Shown here one piece after another: positions 1 through 10,304 of a DNA stretch of 64,000 bases. Positions within the stretch are counted from its first letter, which is position 1, and the number at the start of each line of letters is the position of its first letter. The position numbers and the translations under genes were made by a program. The notes under the pieces were generated by a model, which was given only the letters and a program-made list of their open reading frames with translations, was not told where the DNA came from and made no database searches. Origin of the DNA: an uncultured Chloroflexia bacterium (lineage in GTDB: Bacteria > Chloroflexota > Limnocylindria > Limnocylindrales > CSP1-4). Where the stretch lies: NCBI GenBank assembly GCA_963743855.1, contig CAVURK010000006.1:106382-170381 (forward strand), in the 5' to 3' direction.

Positions 1-166
1 TGATGCGGACCTCGCCGGCCGCGATCGAGCTGATGGTGGAGGTGGACGTGTCGGCGACCTGGATGAGCGATCGGTAGTCGCGCATCCCGCGTCCGAGGAG
101 GACAAGGCCCGCGACGACCCCGAATCCGGCGAACACGGTCAGCCAGACGGACGACTGTGGATCCAC
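1..166 (-). CDS. Partial CDS (N-terminal part in window, continues past window start): predicted membrane protein, probable GTG start at 164-166
   Basis: Reverse-strand translation VDPQSSVWLTVFAGFGVVAGLVLLGRGMRDYRSLIQVADTSTSTISSIAAGEVRI has one hydrophobic helix and no stop to the window edge; it lies directly downstream of, and co-oriented with, the PspC gene. It is not in the ORF track because it runs off the edge. Confidence 0.3.
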   Translation of the reverse strand, partial: MDPQSSVWLTVFAGFGVVAGLVLLGRGMRDYRSLIQVADTSTSTISSIAAGEVRI

Positions 167-191
167 GGCCCCATCGTACGGGACCGGCCCC

Positions 192-626
192 TCAGCTCGA
201 GCGCCGCGGAGCGACGGCCATGACGATGAGCAGGATCCCCAGACCGATGGCGGCGATCGGCCACCACAGCCCGAGATCGAGCGCGGGGATGAGCTCTCGG
301 ATGAGGAACAGGACGCCGACGACCACCAGCACGGCGCCGATGACGAAGCCCGCCCGCGCACGGTCGGCCGGGTCGCGTCGCTGCCGGCCGGGGGCCGTGG
401 AGACGCCAGCCGACGACGGCGGCGTCCCGCCACCCGGCGCAGCACCCGCTGGGTGTACGCGAGGTCCAAGGTCGGTCGGCCGTTCGGGGACCACGATGGC
501 CATCACGATGTACACGAGGAGACCGACCCCGCCGGTCAGGATGGCGACCAGCGCCCAGACGATCCGGATGATCGACGGATCGATGTCGAACAGCTCGGCG
601 ACGCCGCCGGCGACACCGGCCAGCAT
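192..626 (-). CDS. PspC-domain protein (phage-shock-protein C family, membrane)
   Basis: ERLYRSRDDRMLAGVAGGVAELFDIDPSIIRIVWALVAILTGGVGLLVYIVMAIVVPE is a PspC N-terminal domain plus TM helix. I trimmed the start to the internal ATG at 624-626, because the track start at 845 would overlap the upstream gene by 190 nt. Confidence 0.7.
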   Translation of the reverse strand: MLAGVAGGVAELFDIDPSIIRIVWALVAILTGGVGLLVYIVMAIVVPERPTDLGPRVHPAGAAPGGGTPPSSAGVSTAPGRQRRDPADRARAGFVIGAVLVVVGVLFLIRELIPALDLGLWWPIAAIGLGILLIVMAVAPRRSS

Positions 627-654
627 CCGGTCGTCGCGCGATCGATAGAGTCGT

Positions 655-1635
655 TCAGTCACAGCCGTCCTCCGGGTCGAGCGTGAACGAGCCCGCGTTG
701 GCCGTCGTCTGGAGCTCGATCTGGACCGCCGCCGACTCGAAGCCGGGGGTCGTCCAGGTCGACCCGTCCTTGACCACCCCGTGTCCGTCGTACGCATAGC
801 TGCCGACGATGCCCTCGCCAGTCTCCAGCTTGAGTGCGGCGCCATCCGGCGCGCACAGCTTCACGGCGCCGGCGTTGGCTTCGATCGTGCCGTGCAGCGA
901 GAGGTTCGGGAGAGTCAGTCCGAGCGACCCGGCATTGAGGCTCGCGTCGAGCCCATCGATGGCCTTGATCGATCCGAGATCGACTGTCGCCGACGCTGCG
1001 TTGAGTTCGAGATCCACGCCGCCAAGGGTGGCTCCGCCGAGGTCGATCGTCGTCCCGCCGGCGTTGACGTGAAGGCCGAGGTCCAGGGTCGAGAGATTCG
1101 GCACCGCGACGTCCCACCGATCGCGTTGGCCGAACGCCCAGAACGGGCCGTGGTGGTCATTCCGCGAACGGACGCTGAGTGACGCGTCGGTCGTCGTGAT
1201 CTCGGGTCCGATCCCGTCGGCGTCGGTGCCTCCGACGTGCCAGCCGTCGTCGGAGGCCACCGAGACCGTCATGTTTCCGCAGTCGAGCTGGAGGTCGATC
1301 GTGCCGCCGGTCGCGAACGTGCCGTCGCGTGCCGGGAACGCGACCGACCCATCGTTCCCTCCGCAGATGCCGGTCGATAGCGGCAGGAACCCGACGCTGA
1401 GCAGCCCGCCGACCATCGCCCCGAGCGTTGCGGCGACGATCAGGCCACCGACGAAATCGAGTCGCGTGCGGCCGAGGATCAGGCCGACACCGATCCCGAC
1501 CAGGATGAGCGGCCACAGCTGCCAGAGCCGGCCGACCTGGTCGGCATCGAGGGCGCCCGACCTGACCAGCAGCGGGATGGCGCCTGCCAGGATGAGGAAG
1601 ACGCCCCACCCCAGGAAGCCGCGACGGATATGCAT
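655..1635 (-). CDS. DUF4097 / LiaG-like putative adhesin (membrane-anchored beta-helical repeat protein)
   Basis: N-terminal hydrophobic helices are followed by repetitive G/D/L/T/A-rich beta-strand repeats (LDLGLHVNAGGTTIDLGGATLGGVDLELNAASATVDLGSIKAIDGLDASLNAGSLGLTLPNLSL...); the gene is operonic with the PspC gene. Confidence 0.6.
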   Translation of the reverse strand: MHIRRGFLGWGVFLILAGAIPLLVRSGALDADQVGRLWQLWPLILVGIGVGLILGRTRLDFVGGLIVAATLGAMVGGLLSVGFLPLSTGICGGNDGSVAFPARDGTFATGGTIDLQLDCGNMTVSVASDDGWHVGGTDADGIGPEITTTDASLSVRSRNDHHGPFWAFGQRDRWDVAVPNLSTLDLGLHVNAGGTTIDLGGATLGGVDLELNAASATVDLGSIKAIDGLDASLNAGSLGLTLPNLSLHGTIEANAGAVKLCAPDGAALKLETGEGIVGSYAYDGHGVVKDGSTWTTPGFESAAVQIELQTTANAGSFTLDPEDGCD

Positions 1636-1768
1636 GCCGCAACGGTAGCCGACGGCTCGTCCCGGGCGAGGCCGAATGTCGTGGTCTTGCGGTGACGGCC
1701 GTGTGCTAGCCTCGTCACGAGGTCAGGGGAGGCGTTCCCTGGACGAGCGATCGGCAGACGGAGGCTCG

Positions 1769-2299
1769 ATGCGACTCAGCGAGTGGCGGGCGAAGGCACC
1801 CAGCAAGGATGCGGTCGCGCCCAAGGTCGTCGCCGTGATCGAACAGGCCCTGCTGGCGCTCGGCGGCGATCAGGACCCGGAGTGCTGGGTCGCCTGGGGG
1901 GATGATCCCGGAATCCGGTATCTGGTCCTCGTGCCGACGCCCGCCGGGATGCTCCAGATCAGCGTCCGCGTGATGGTCCCGGGCGAAGGCCCGCGTGCGG
2001 CCGGGAAGATCATTCGCTGGGCACGCCTCCAGCTGGGCGAGCTGGCGGTCGAGATCCAGGGTGGACACCGGCTCGTGACCTTCCAGGTCGAGAGCCTCGT
2101 CCTGACCGGCGCCGATGCGGCGGCCGACGGGATCTCTGCCTTCGCCCAGGCCCTGTTCGCCGCGGCCGATGGACGGGTGCCACCACCCGCCAAGCGCTCG
2201 ACCGGTCGACCAGCGACGGCGACGAAGAGCGTCGCGACCGCGAGCGCCGCCACCAGGGGCACTGCCGGTGTCCCGCGGTCACCCGCCAGCAAGCGATAG
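1769..2299 (+). CDS. Hypothetical protein (C-terminal disordered Ala/Thr/Ser tail)
   Basis: ORF 1676..2299 trimmed to the ATG at 1769, which has GGAGG 6 nt upstream; coding-like composition, no recognised domain. Confidence 0.45.
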   Translation: MRLSEWRAKAPSKDAVAPKVVAVIEQALLALGGDQDPECWVAWGDDPGIRYLVLVPTPAGMLQISVRVMVPGEGPRAAGKIIRWARLQLGELAVEIQGGHRLVTFQVESLVLTGADAAADGISAFAQALFAAADGRVPPPAKRSTGRPATATKSVATASAATRGTAGVPRSPASKR

Positions 2300-2357
2300 C
2301 GCGACCGGAGGTGCCGGAGCGTCCGAGCGACCTCGTCCCGTCAGGCAGCGTCGCGGC

Positions 2358-3161
2358 ATGACGATCCGCCGGGACCGCACGGCATTGCCGGGACCGGCCA
2401 TCAGCCCGATCCGTCGCACGATCCGCTACTGGCTCGCGCGCCTGATGGCCGCAGCCGTGACCCGTGCCTACATGCGCGTCCGGCTCGATGGACGCGAACG
2501 GCTGCCGCCAGGCCCCGCCATCTACTGCTTCAACCACATGAGCTGGGCGGATCCGTTCGTCCTGATGGCGACGCTCCCGTTCCGGCCGCGCCTCTGGTTC
2601 TTCGGCCCCAAGGAGGAGGACATGGGCGTCGGAGGCCGTAACCGGCTGATGATCTGGACCGGCACGACGATCCCGTACAAGCCGGCCAAGAACGACCTCC
2701 TCGATGCGACGCGCCGAGTCGGCGCGGTCGTGGCCACCGGAGCGGTCGTCGCGATCGCCGGGGAGGGGCGGATCCACGCCGGCGAGTCCGACCTCCTGCC
2801 GCTCAGCGAGGGTGCCGCGTACTTCGCCCTGAGATCGGGGATCCCGCTTGTGCCGATCGCGATCGCCGGGACGAGCTGGTTGCGCTTCGGTGGCCGGATC
2901 AGGGTCCGGGTGGGGGAGCCCATCCCGATCGCCAGCCGGCCGACTCGCGAGGCAGTGGACGAGGTCACGGCCGCTCTGTCGCTGGCCCTCCACGACCTCG
3001 TCGCCGACGCCCCGGACCTCGCGCCGCCCGGACGGTTCGGACGCTGGCTCACGGAGCTGTTCAACGACTGGCCGGAGGGATCGCGCGAGGCGGCCGGCGC
3101 GGCCTCGCTGGCCCCCGGTCTGGCATACTTCGACCCGCCCGAAGCGACGGAGGCGACGTAG
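2358..3161 (+). CDS. plsC: 1-acyl-sn-glycerol-3-phosphate acyltransferase (PlsC family)
   Basis: NHMSWADP (HX4D acyltransferase motif) followed by the PEGTR-like region ...AIAGEGRIH...; start set at ATG 2358 within ORF 2115..3161. Confidence 0.8.
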   Translation: MTIRRDRTALPGPAISPIRRTIRYWLARLMAAAVTRAYMRVRLDGRERLPPGPAIYCFNHMSWADPFVLMATLPFRPRLWFFGPKEEDMGVGGRNRLMIWTGTTIPYKPAKNDLLDATRRVGAVVATGAVVAIAGEGRIHAGESDLLPLSEGAAYFALRSGIPLVPIAIAGTSWLRFGGRIRVRVGEPIPIASRPTREAVDEVTAALSLALHDLVADAPDLAPPGRFGRWLTELFNDWPEGSREAAGAASLAPGLAYFDPPEATEAT

Positions 3162-3169
3162 GAGGACCC

Positions 3170-3535
3170 GTGGCAGCGACCGGACTCTCGGCCAACCCGA
3201 AGCAATACCGCGTCCGCCTCCGCGACCAGAGCGATGACCAGATCGACGCCTGGGCCGCCGAGCTGATGCGCGATGTCGCGATCCGGCGCGGGGTGGTCAA
3301 GGTGGTCGACGACTTTCGCCGCGCAGGTCGGCTCGACGAACGGAGTTTCGAACGCGTGTTCGCATCCGGCGGTGGCCCGCCGGCCGTCATCGGGCGGGAT
3401 GCCAAGGGCCGCCTGATGGTCCCGGCGATCACGCTGTTCGCGCTCGTGCCCGGGATCCGCGCCCAGGTCCCCGACGGGCGCGACCGGCTGATCGAGTACC
3501 TCCTCGAGAACTTCGACGAGATCGTCTACGTCTGA
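3170..3535 (+). CDS. Hypothetical protein (121 aa), co-transcribed with plsC
   Basis: Starts 9 nt after the plsC stop; clean coding composition; no domain I can name. Confidence 0.5.
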   Translation: MAATGLSANPKQYRVRLRDQSDDQIDAWAAELMRDVAIRRGVVKVVDDFRRAGRLDERSFERVFASGGGPPAVIGRDAKGRLMVPAITLFALVPGIRAQVPDGRDRLIEYLLENFDEIVYV

Positions 3536-3623
3536 CGGACCGGCCGGCGGTCGCGGCCGGCTGGCACGCATCGGCGGTCTCGTCCGGCTCACCCACCCGT
3601 TTCCGTGTCTGCTCGATGGCCTC

Positions 3624-4400
3624 GTGGTGGGTGTCGTCGCGGCGATCGCCGGTGCCGACGGCTCGACCGCCCTGCGGCTCGGGGTCGCGATGACCCTCCT
3701 CCAGGCCTCGATCGGGTCGCTCAACGACCTGGTCGACGCGCCCCACGACGCAGGCCGAAAGCAGGGCAAGCCGATCCCAGCCGGTCTCGTCTCGCCCGAT
3801 GGAGCTCGTGTCGCGATCGTGACCGCCGGGGTCGCCGGGGTGGCCCTGTCCGTGCCATCCGGGCCGGCGACCATTGCCCTCGCCGTCGTCGTCCTCGCGA
3901 TCGGCTACGCCTACGACCTCCGGTTCAAGGGAACGGCCTGGTCGTGGATCCCCTTCGCGCTCGGGATCCCGCTCCTCCCGGTCTTCGGCTGGCTCGGGGC
4001 GACGGGCGGGCTGGTCGCCCCGTTCGCCATCCTGCTGCCGACCGCCATGCTCGCCGGCGCCGCGCTGGCCATCGCCAATGCGCTGGCGGACATCGACCGT
4101 GATGCGGCTGCGGGCGTCGACTCGGTGGCACGCCGGCTCGGCCCAGGGCGAGCCTGGGCGACGCATGCGGTCCTGCTCGCGGTCGTGGTCGGCGTCGCGT
4201 TGAGCTCCCTGGCGTTGGCCGGTCGGGGCGGACCGGGGCCTGTCGCCGCGGCGATCGTCGCGTGCCTGATCGTCGCCGCGGGCATCGCCCTCGGCCGACG
4301 TGGCGACGCCGCACGCCGGGAACGGGCGTGGGAGCTCGAGGCCGTCGGTGTCGGCCTGCTCGCGGCGGCCTGGCTGGCAGGCGTTCCGCTGGGCGGCTAA
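3624..4400 (+). CDS. UbiA-family prenyltransferase (possibly DPPR-synthase-like); N-terminus may be truncated by an indel
   Basis: NDLVDAPHDAGRKQGKPIPAGLVS is a UbiA-superfamily Asp-rich motif, followed by several TM helices. GTG start at 3624; the motif lies only about 33 aa from the start, which is unusually close. Confidence 0.6.
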   Translation: MVGVVAAIAGADGSTALRLGVAMTLLQASIGSLNDLVDAPHDAGRKQGKPIPAGLVSPDGARVAIVTAGVAGVALSVPSGPATIALAVVVLAIGYAYDLRFKGTAWSWIPFALGIPLLPVFGWLGATGGLVAPFAILLPTAMLAGAALAIANALADIDRDAAAGVDSVARRLGPGRAWATHAVLLAVVVGVALSSLALAGRGGPGPVAAAIVACLIVAAGIALGRRGDAARRERAWELEAVGVGLLAAAWLAGVPLGG

Positions 4401-4434
4401 ACGTCCGCTCTGGTCGCCCGGCTAGATACCGCCG

Positions 4435-5446
4435 TCAGTTGCCGCCGTCCTCGCTCCGCACCATCGCGATCGCGTTCTCCAGGCGGAGCTTGGCGATGGT
4501 CAGGTACTTCGCCAGGTTGGCCCGATCCGTCGCGCCGATCGAACGGACCTCGGCGCTCCCCAGGACCCCGACCAGCTCGTCGACCGCGTCGACGAGGCTC
4601 TGCTTCGCGTTGACCAGGGAGTCATCCGAGATCTCGCGGGGTGGGGGACTGGCCTCGGACGTCCACACGCCCTGTTCCTCGGACGTGTCGGCGTCGGCCG
4701 CCTCCGCGATGCGCGGCTCCGGGACGTCCACGCCGTCATCGACCTCGGTCCCGGGCCGCGCCCGTCGCCCCTCGATCTTGTCGCGCAGCTTGATCAGAGT
4801 CAGCTCACCGCGCGCGACCTGCTCGGCCAGACGCCGGCGCTTCTTGGGGTCCTCGACCTTCATCAGCTCGTAGGCATGGGACAGACTGTCCTTGCGCAAA
4901 GACACCAGCTCGCGGATCTCGGGCGGAGCATCCGCCAGGCGGAGCCGGTTCTCCAGGTATCCCTTGTCCTTGCCCAGCTTGTCCGCCAGCTTGCGGATGC
5001 TGTAGCCGTGTTCGTGGACCATCCGGTCATACATCGCGGCTTCATCGAGCGGCGTCAGGTCCTCGCGCTGGAGGTTCTCGATGATCGCGATCTCCAGCGC
5101 GGTGTCGTCGTCGATGTCCTCGATCAATGCCGGGATGGTCTCGAGACCCGCCAGACGCGAGGCTCGCCATCGACGCTCGCCGGCAACGATCTGGTAGGTG
5201 TTCGGGCCGAGCGGTCGGACAAGGATCGGCTGGAGGACCCCATGCTCGCGGATCGACGCCGCGAGCTCGTCGAGCGCCGCGGGCTCGAAGACCAACCTCG
5301 GCTGTTCCGGGTTCGGCTCGATGTGATCGACGTGGACGATGCGGACTCCGACCGAACGCGTCGGACTGTCCGGCGTCAGCAGGCTGACGATCGCCGGCGA
5401 GAGCTCGGTGTCCTCGGACAGCCGCCGTGCGGCTGCGGCGCGGAAG

Positions 5447-5460
<14 letters not shown>
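4435..5460 (-). CDS. parB: Chromosome partitioning protein ParB/Spo0J
   Basis: [43 protein letters not shown]...[11 protein letters not shown] (ParB box) plus an HTH region; start overlaps the parA stop. Confidence 0.9.
4888..4903. promoter_or_regulatory. 16-bp palindrome GTCCTTGCGCAAAGAC inside the parB coding sequence (third copy of the GTCTTTGCGCAAAGAC motif)
   Basis: Read directly from the sequence; it is the reverse-complement orientation of the copy at 6446-6461 and shares flanks (CTG...ACCAG). Confidence 0.5.
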
Positions 5461-6217
<757 letters not shown>

Positions 6218-6316
6218 CGGGGCATCACCTCAGGATTCTGACGGGCGGCCGGGGCCGTCGGGGGAGGGGAACGAGTCCGTTCATCGTACGCGCCCCGGTC
6301 GGTTTCTGGCACCCGG

Positions 6317-6359
6317 TTATCCACACGCTTCGCGAGTTGTTCACCGAATCTGTGGATAT
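6317..6359. promoter_or_regulatory. Inverted pair of DnaA boxes (TTATCCACA at 6317-6325; TGTGGATAT at 6351-6359) in the parA / pccB divergent intergenic region
   Basis: First box matches the DnaA-box consensus exactly; second matches its reverse complement at 8 of 9 positions; about 25 bp apart. Confidence 0.55.
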
Positions 6360-6445
6360 CCGAGCCGTCCGGACGCTGTCCGTGGAGCGACGGATACGTG
6401 GCGTTCTCCGTCCGAACGAGCCGAGATGCGTGGCTATGATGCAGC

Positions 6446-6461
6446 TGTCTTTGCGCAAGGA
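6446..6461. promoter_or_regulatory. Putative operator: 16-bp palindrome GTCTTTGCGCAAGGAC between a TATGAT -10-like hexamer (6434-6439) and the AGGAGG RBS of pccB
   Basis: Palindrome read from the sequence; it sits 21 nt upstream of the pccB GTG start and is repeated at 8045-8060 and 4888-4903. Confidence 0.6.
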
Positions 6462-6481
6462 CACCAGGAGGTCCGATCCCC

Positions 6482-8036
6482 GTGTCGACGAATGAAGAGC
6501 GGCTCGACCGGCTCGAGCAGATGCGCGTCGAGTCGCAGCTTGGCGGCGGAGCTGTCCGGATCGAACGACAGCACGCGTCAGGAAAGCTGACGGCGCGCGA
6601 ACGGCTCGAGCTGTTGCTCGACCCGGGTTCGTTCGTCGAGCTCGATGCGTTCGTCACCCATCGCGCGACCGGGTTCGGGTTGTCGGAAGAGCACATCCTC
6701 GGTGATGGAGTCGTGACCGGACACGGGACGATCGACGGCCGTCTCGTCTTCGTCTTCAGCCAGGACTTCACAGTCTTCGGCGGATCGTTGTCCGAGGCAT
6801 ATGCCGAGAAGATCTGCAAGGTCATGGATCTGGCGATGCGCGTCGGCGCGCCGATCATCGGTCTCAACGATTCGGGCGGGGCGCGGATCCAGGAAGGCGT
6901 CGCATCGTTGGGCGGCTATGCCGACATCTTCCTGCGCAATGTCCTGGCCTCGGGCGTGGTGCCGCAGATCTCCGTGGTGATGGGGCCGTGCGCCGGTGGC
7001 GCCGTGTACTCGCCGGCGATGACGGACTTCACGATCATGGTCGAGCACACGAGCTACATGTTCGTCACGGGACCGAACGTCGTGAGGACGGTCACCCACG
7101 AAGAAGTGGATTCGGAATTCCTTGGCGGCGCCATGACGCATACGACGAAGAGTGGGGTCGCACATCTCGCCGCAACCGATGAAGCCGAAGCGCTCGACTC
7201 GGCCCGTCGGATCCTTGCCTACCTGCCGCAGAACAATCTGGGTGACGCGCCCTCGGTCGTCTCCACCGATCCCGCCGACCGGATGGATGTCGCGCCTCGA
7301 CCGGATCGTCCCCGACGATCCGCGGACGCCGTATGACATGCACGACGTGATCCGCGGGATCGTCGACGACGGCGCGTTCCTCGAGATCCAACCGGGTTGG
7401 GCGCCGAACATCCTCATCGGCTACGCGCGACTCGGCGGTCGGAGTGTCGGCATCGTCGCCCAGCAGCCGGCGGTCCTCGCCGGGGCGCTGGACATCGATG
7501 CGTCGATCAAGGCGGCGCGGTTCGTCCGCACCTGTGATTGCTTCAATGTCCCGCTGGTCACCTTCGTCGATGTCCCGGGGTTCCTGCCGGGCGTCGCGCA
7601 GGAACACGGCGGGATCATCAAGCACGGCGCAAAGCTGCTGTACGCCTATTGCGAAGCGACGGTCCCGAAGCTGACGGTGATCACCCGCAAGGCGTACGGC
7701 GGCGCCTACGACGTCATGAGCAGCAAGCACATCCGGGCCGACATGAACTTCGCGTGGCCGACCGCCGAGATCGCCGTCATGGGCGCGGCCGGCGCGGTCA
7801 GCATCATCTTCAAGGATGCGATCAGCGCCGCCGACGACCCTGCCGCCGAGGAGGCCCGTCTGGTCGCGGCCTACGAGACCGAGTTCGCGAACCCCTACAT
7901 CGCCGCGTCGCGCGGATATGTCGATGAGGTCATCAAGCCGTCCGAGACACGGCCGCGGCTCATCCGTTCGCTCGAGGTTCTTGCCGACAAGCAGCAGACG
8001 AACCCGAGGAAGAAGCATGGCAACATCCCGCTCTGA
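6482..8036 (+). CDS. pccB: Propionyl-CoA / acyl-CoA carboxylase carboxyltransferase beta subunit (PccB/AccD5-like); one frameshift near 7290
   Basis: N-half ORF 6482..7336 (biotin-dependent carboxyltransferase N-domain, ...[14 protein letters not shown]...) and C-half ORF 7152..8036 (...[19 protein letters not shown]...GGAYDVM...KHGNIPL) are contiguous halves of one ~520-aa protein in different frames. Confidence 0.85.
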
Positions 8037-8044
8037 GGGAACCC

Positions 8045-8060
8045 GTCTTTGCGCAAAGAC
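8045..8060. promoter_or_regulatory. Putative operator: perfect 16-bp palindrome GTCTTTGCGCAAAGAC in the 33-bp pccB-accA spacer
   Basis: Perfect palindrome 10 nt upstream of the accA GTG start (8070); it overlaps the TTG at 8049 that the ORF track used as a start. Confidence 0.6.
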
Positions 8061-8069
8061 GGTCGCTCA

Positions 8070-10304
8070 GTGACGGGTCCGCCGTTCAACCGGGTGCTGG
8101 TGGCCAACCGCGGGGAGATCGCGGTCCGCATCATCCGGGCGTGCCACGAGCTCGGGATGGAGGCCGTGGCGGTCTATAGCGATGCCGACGTCGGCGGCCC
8201 AGCACGTCCGGCTCGCCGATACCGCGGTCCGGATCGGACCGCCGGCACCGACCGAGAGCTACCTGCGGATCGACCGGATCATCCAGGCTGCCCTGGACAC
8301 GGGCGCCGAGGCGATCCATCCGGGCTACGGCTTCCTGGCGGAGCGGGCCGCCTTCGCACGTGCGGTGGAGGATGCGGGACTCGTCTTCGTCGGGCCGTCG
8401 TCGGCGACGATCGACGCGCTCGGCGACAAGCTCCATGCCCGACGGACCGCCCGGGACGTCGGGGTCGCGGCCGTGCCGGGGACCCTCGAGCCGGCACCCG
8501 TCGACCGACCAGACCAGGTCGCGGCGATCGTGGCCGAGGCCGAGGCGATCGGCTTTCCCTTGCTGGTCAAGGCCGCGGCCGGTGGTGGCGGCCGCGGGAT
8601 GCGCCGGGTCGTGGCGGCCAGCGGATCTGCCGGCCGCCCTGGCCGATGGATCGCGCGAGGCGGCATCGGCTTTCGGTGACGGGTCGGTCTATCTCGAGCG
8701 CGAGATCGTCCCGGCGCGCCACATCGAGGTCCAGCTGCTCGGCGATGCCACGGGGCGGGTCGTGGCCATCGGCGAGCGCGACTGCTCGCTCCAGCGGCGC
8801 CACCAGAAGCTGGTCGAGGAGGCACCGGCGCCGGGGCTCTCCGTGGACGAGCGCCGTGAGCTGCACGCGATGGCGGTCAAGGTCGCGACGGCGGCCGGCC
8901 TCCAGAATGCAGCGACCGCGGAGTTCCTCCGAGGCGCCGACGGCTCCTTCTGGTTCCTCGAGGTCAACACCCGACTCCAGGTCGAGCATGGCGTCACCGA
9001 GCTGGTGTCGGGGCTCGACATCGTCCGCGAGCAGTTCTGGTTGGCTGCCGGGCGGCCGCTGTCGGACGACGCGCTCGCCGCCGCCGAGCGGGCGACCGAG
9101 CCGACGGGCCACGCGATCGAGGTCCGGATCGCGGCCGAAGACCCGTCCCGAGACTTCGCCCCGACGCCGGGTCGGGTCGCGGCGGTGGGTGATGCCGGCC
9201 GGTCCTGGCGTCCGTGTCGATACCGGGATCGAGGCCGGCGACCGGGTCCCGGCCGAGTACGACAATCTGATCGCCAAGGTCCTGGTCCACGCCGGGGACC
9301 GCGGAGCGGCGATCGCGCGTCTTCGCCGGGCGCTCGACGAGACCGAGATCGGGGGCATCCAGACGACGCTTCCCTTCCATCGCTTCGTGGCGCGCAGCCC
9401 GTCCTTCGCCGCTGCCGAGCTGTCGACGGGCTGGGTGGACGAGCAGTGGGATGGACCGACCGCGTTCGGTCGGGCTGCCCGTGTCGCGCTGCTGGCGGCC
9501 GGGCTCGACGCCATCACGAGCGGCCACGCGATCGCGACCGGGGGACCGCCCACGTCGCCAGCGGCCGGTCCCGGTGGGGCAGGGGACGACGGCTGGCGCC
9601 GGGCGGCCCGGGAAGCCGCCACCGACCGGTGGCCGCGGTGAGCACCCAGCCGATCCGTGAGACCGATGCCGGGGGCGACGACGCCAGCGACCCGGGCGCC
9701 GGTCCGACGGCCGAACCCGCCGCGGATCGGATCGTCGACCCTCGGGCCATCCGGGTCGCGCTGGGACCCGCGGGAGGGCACACGGGCGTCCCGCCTGTCG
9801 TCATCGGACCGGGGCCTGCCGCCGACGACGGGGTCGTCATCGTCGATGGCGAACCCCGTCAGCTCCGGCTCGAGCGGTTCGATCCCGTCCACACCATCCT
9901 TGTCGAGGTCCTCGACGACCCGACCCGGACGCCGGTCCTGCTCCTGGCCGATGATGGCCCGGCCGGCCAGGGCGGCCGTCGCCAGGTCGTGGTCGACGGC
10001 TGGCTGGTCGAGGTGGAGGTCGGATCCGAGCGCCACGCACTCCCTTCGCGAACGCGCTCGTCGAGGCGGGTCGGCGACCTCGCACGACGGACCGACCGAG
10101 GTCCGTGCCATCATCCCGGGCCGGGTGGTGTCGGTGTCGGTCGTCGCAGGCGACGCCGTGCTGGCCGGCGAGCAGCTCCTGGTCGTGGAGGCGATGAAGA
10201 TGCAGAACGAGCTCCGGGCGCCACGGGACGGGGTCATCTCGCGGGTCGCCGTCGGGGCCGGCCAGACCATCGACGTCGGTGACGTCATGGTGGTCCTCAC
10301 GTGA
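8070..10304 (+). CDS. accA: Acyl-CoA carboxylase alpha subunit (biotin carboxylase + C-terminal biotin carboxyl carrier domain, EAMKMQNE); at least 4 frameshifts
   Basis: [32 protein letters not shown] (frame 0), [47 protein letters not shown]...[17 protein letters not shown] (frame 1), [21 protein letters not shown]...[16 protein letters not shown] (frame 2), [32 protein letters not shown]... (frame 0), then the biotinyl domain ...[12 protein letters not shown]... ending at 10304. Confidence 0.8.
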
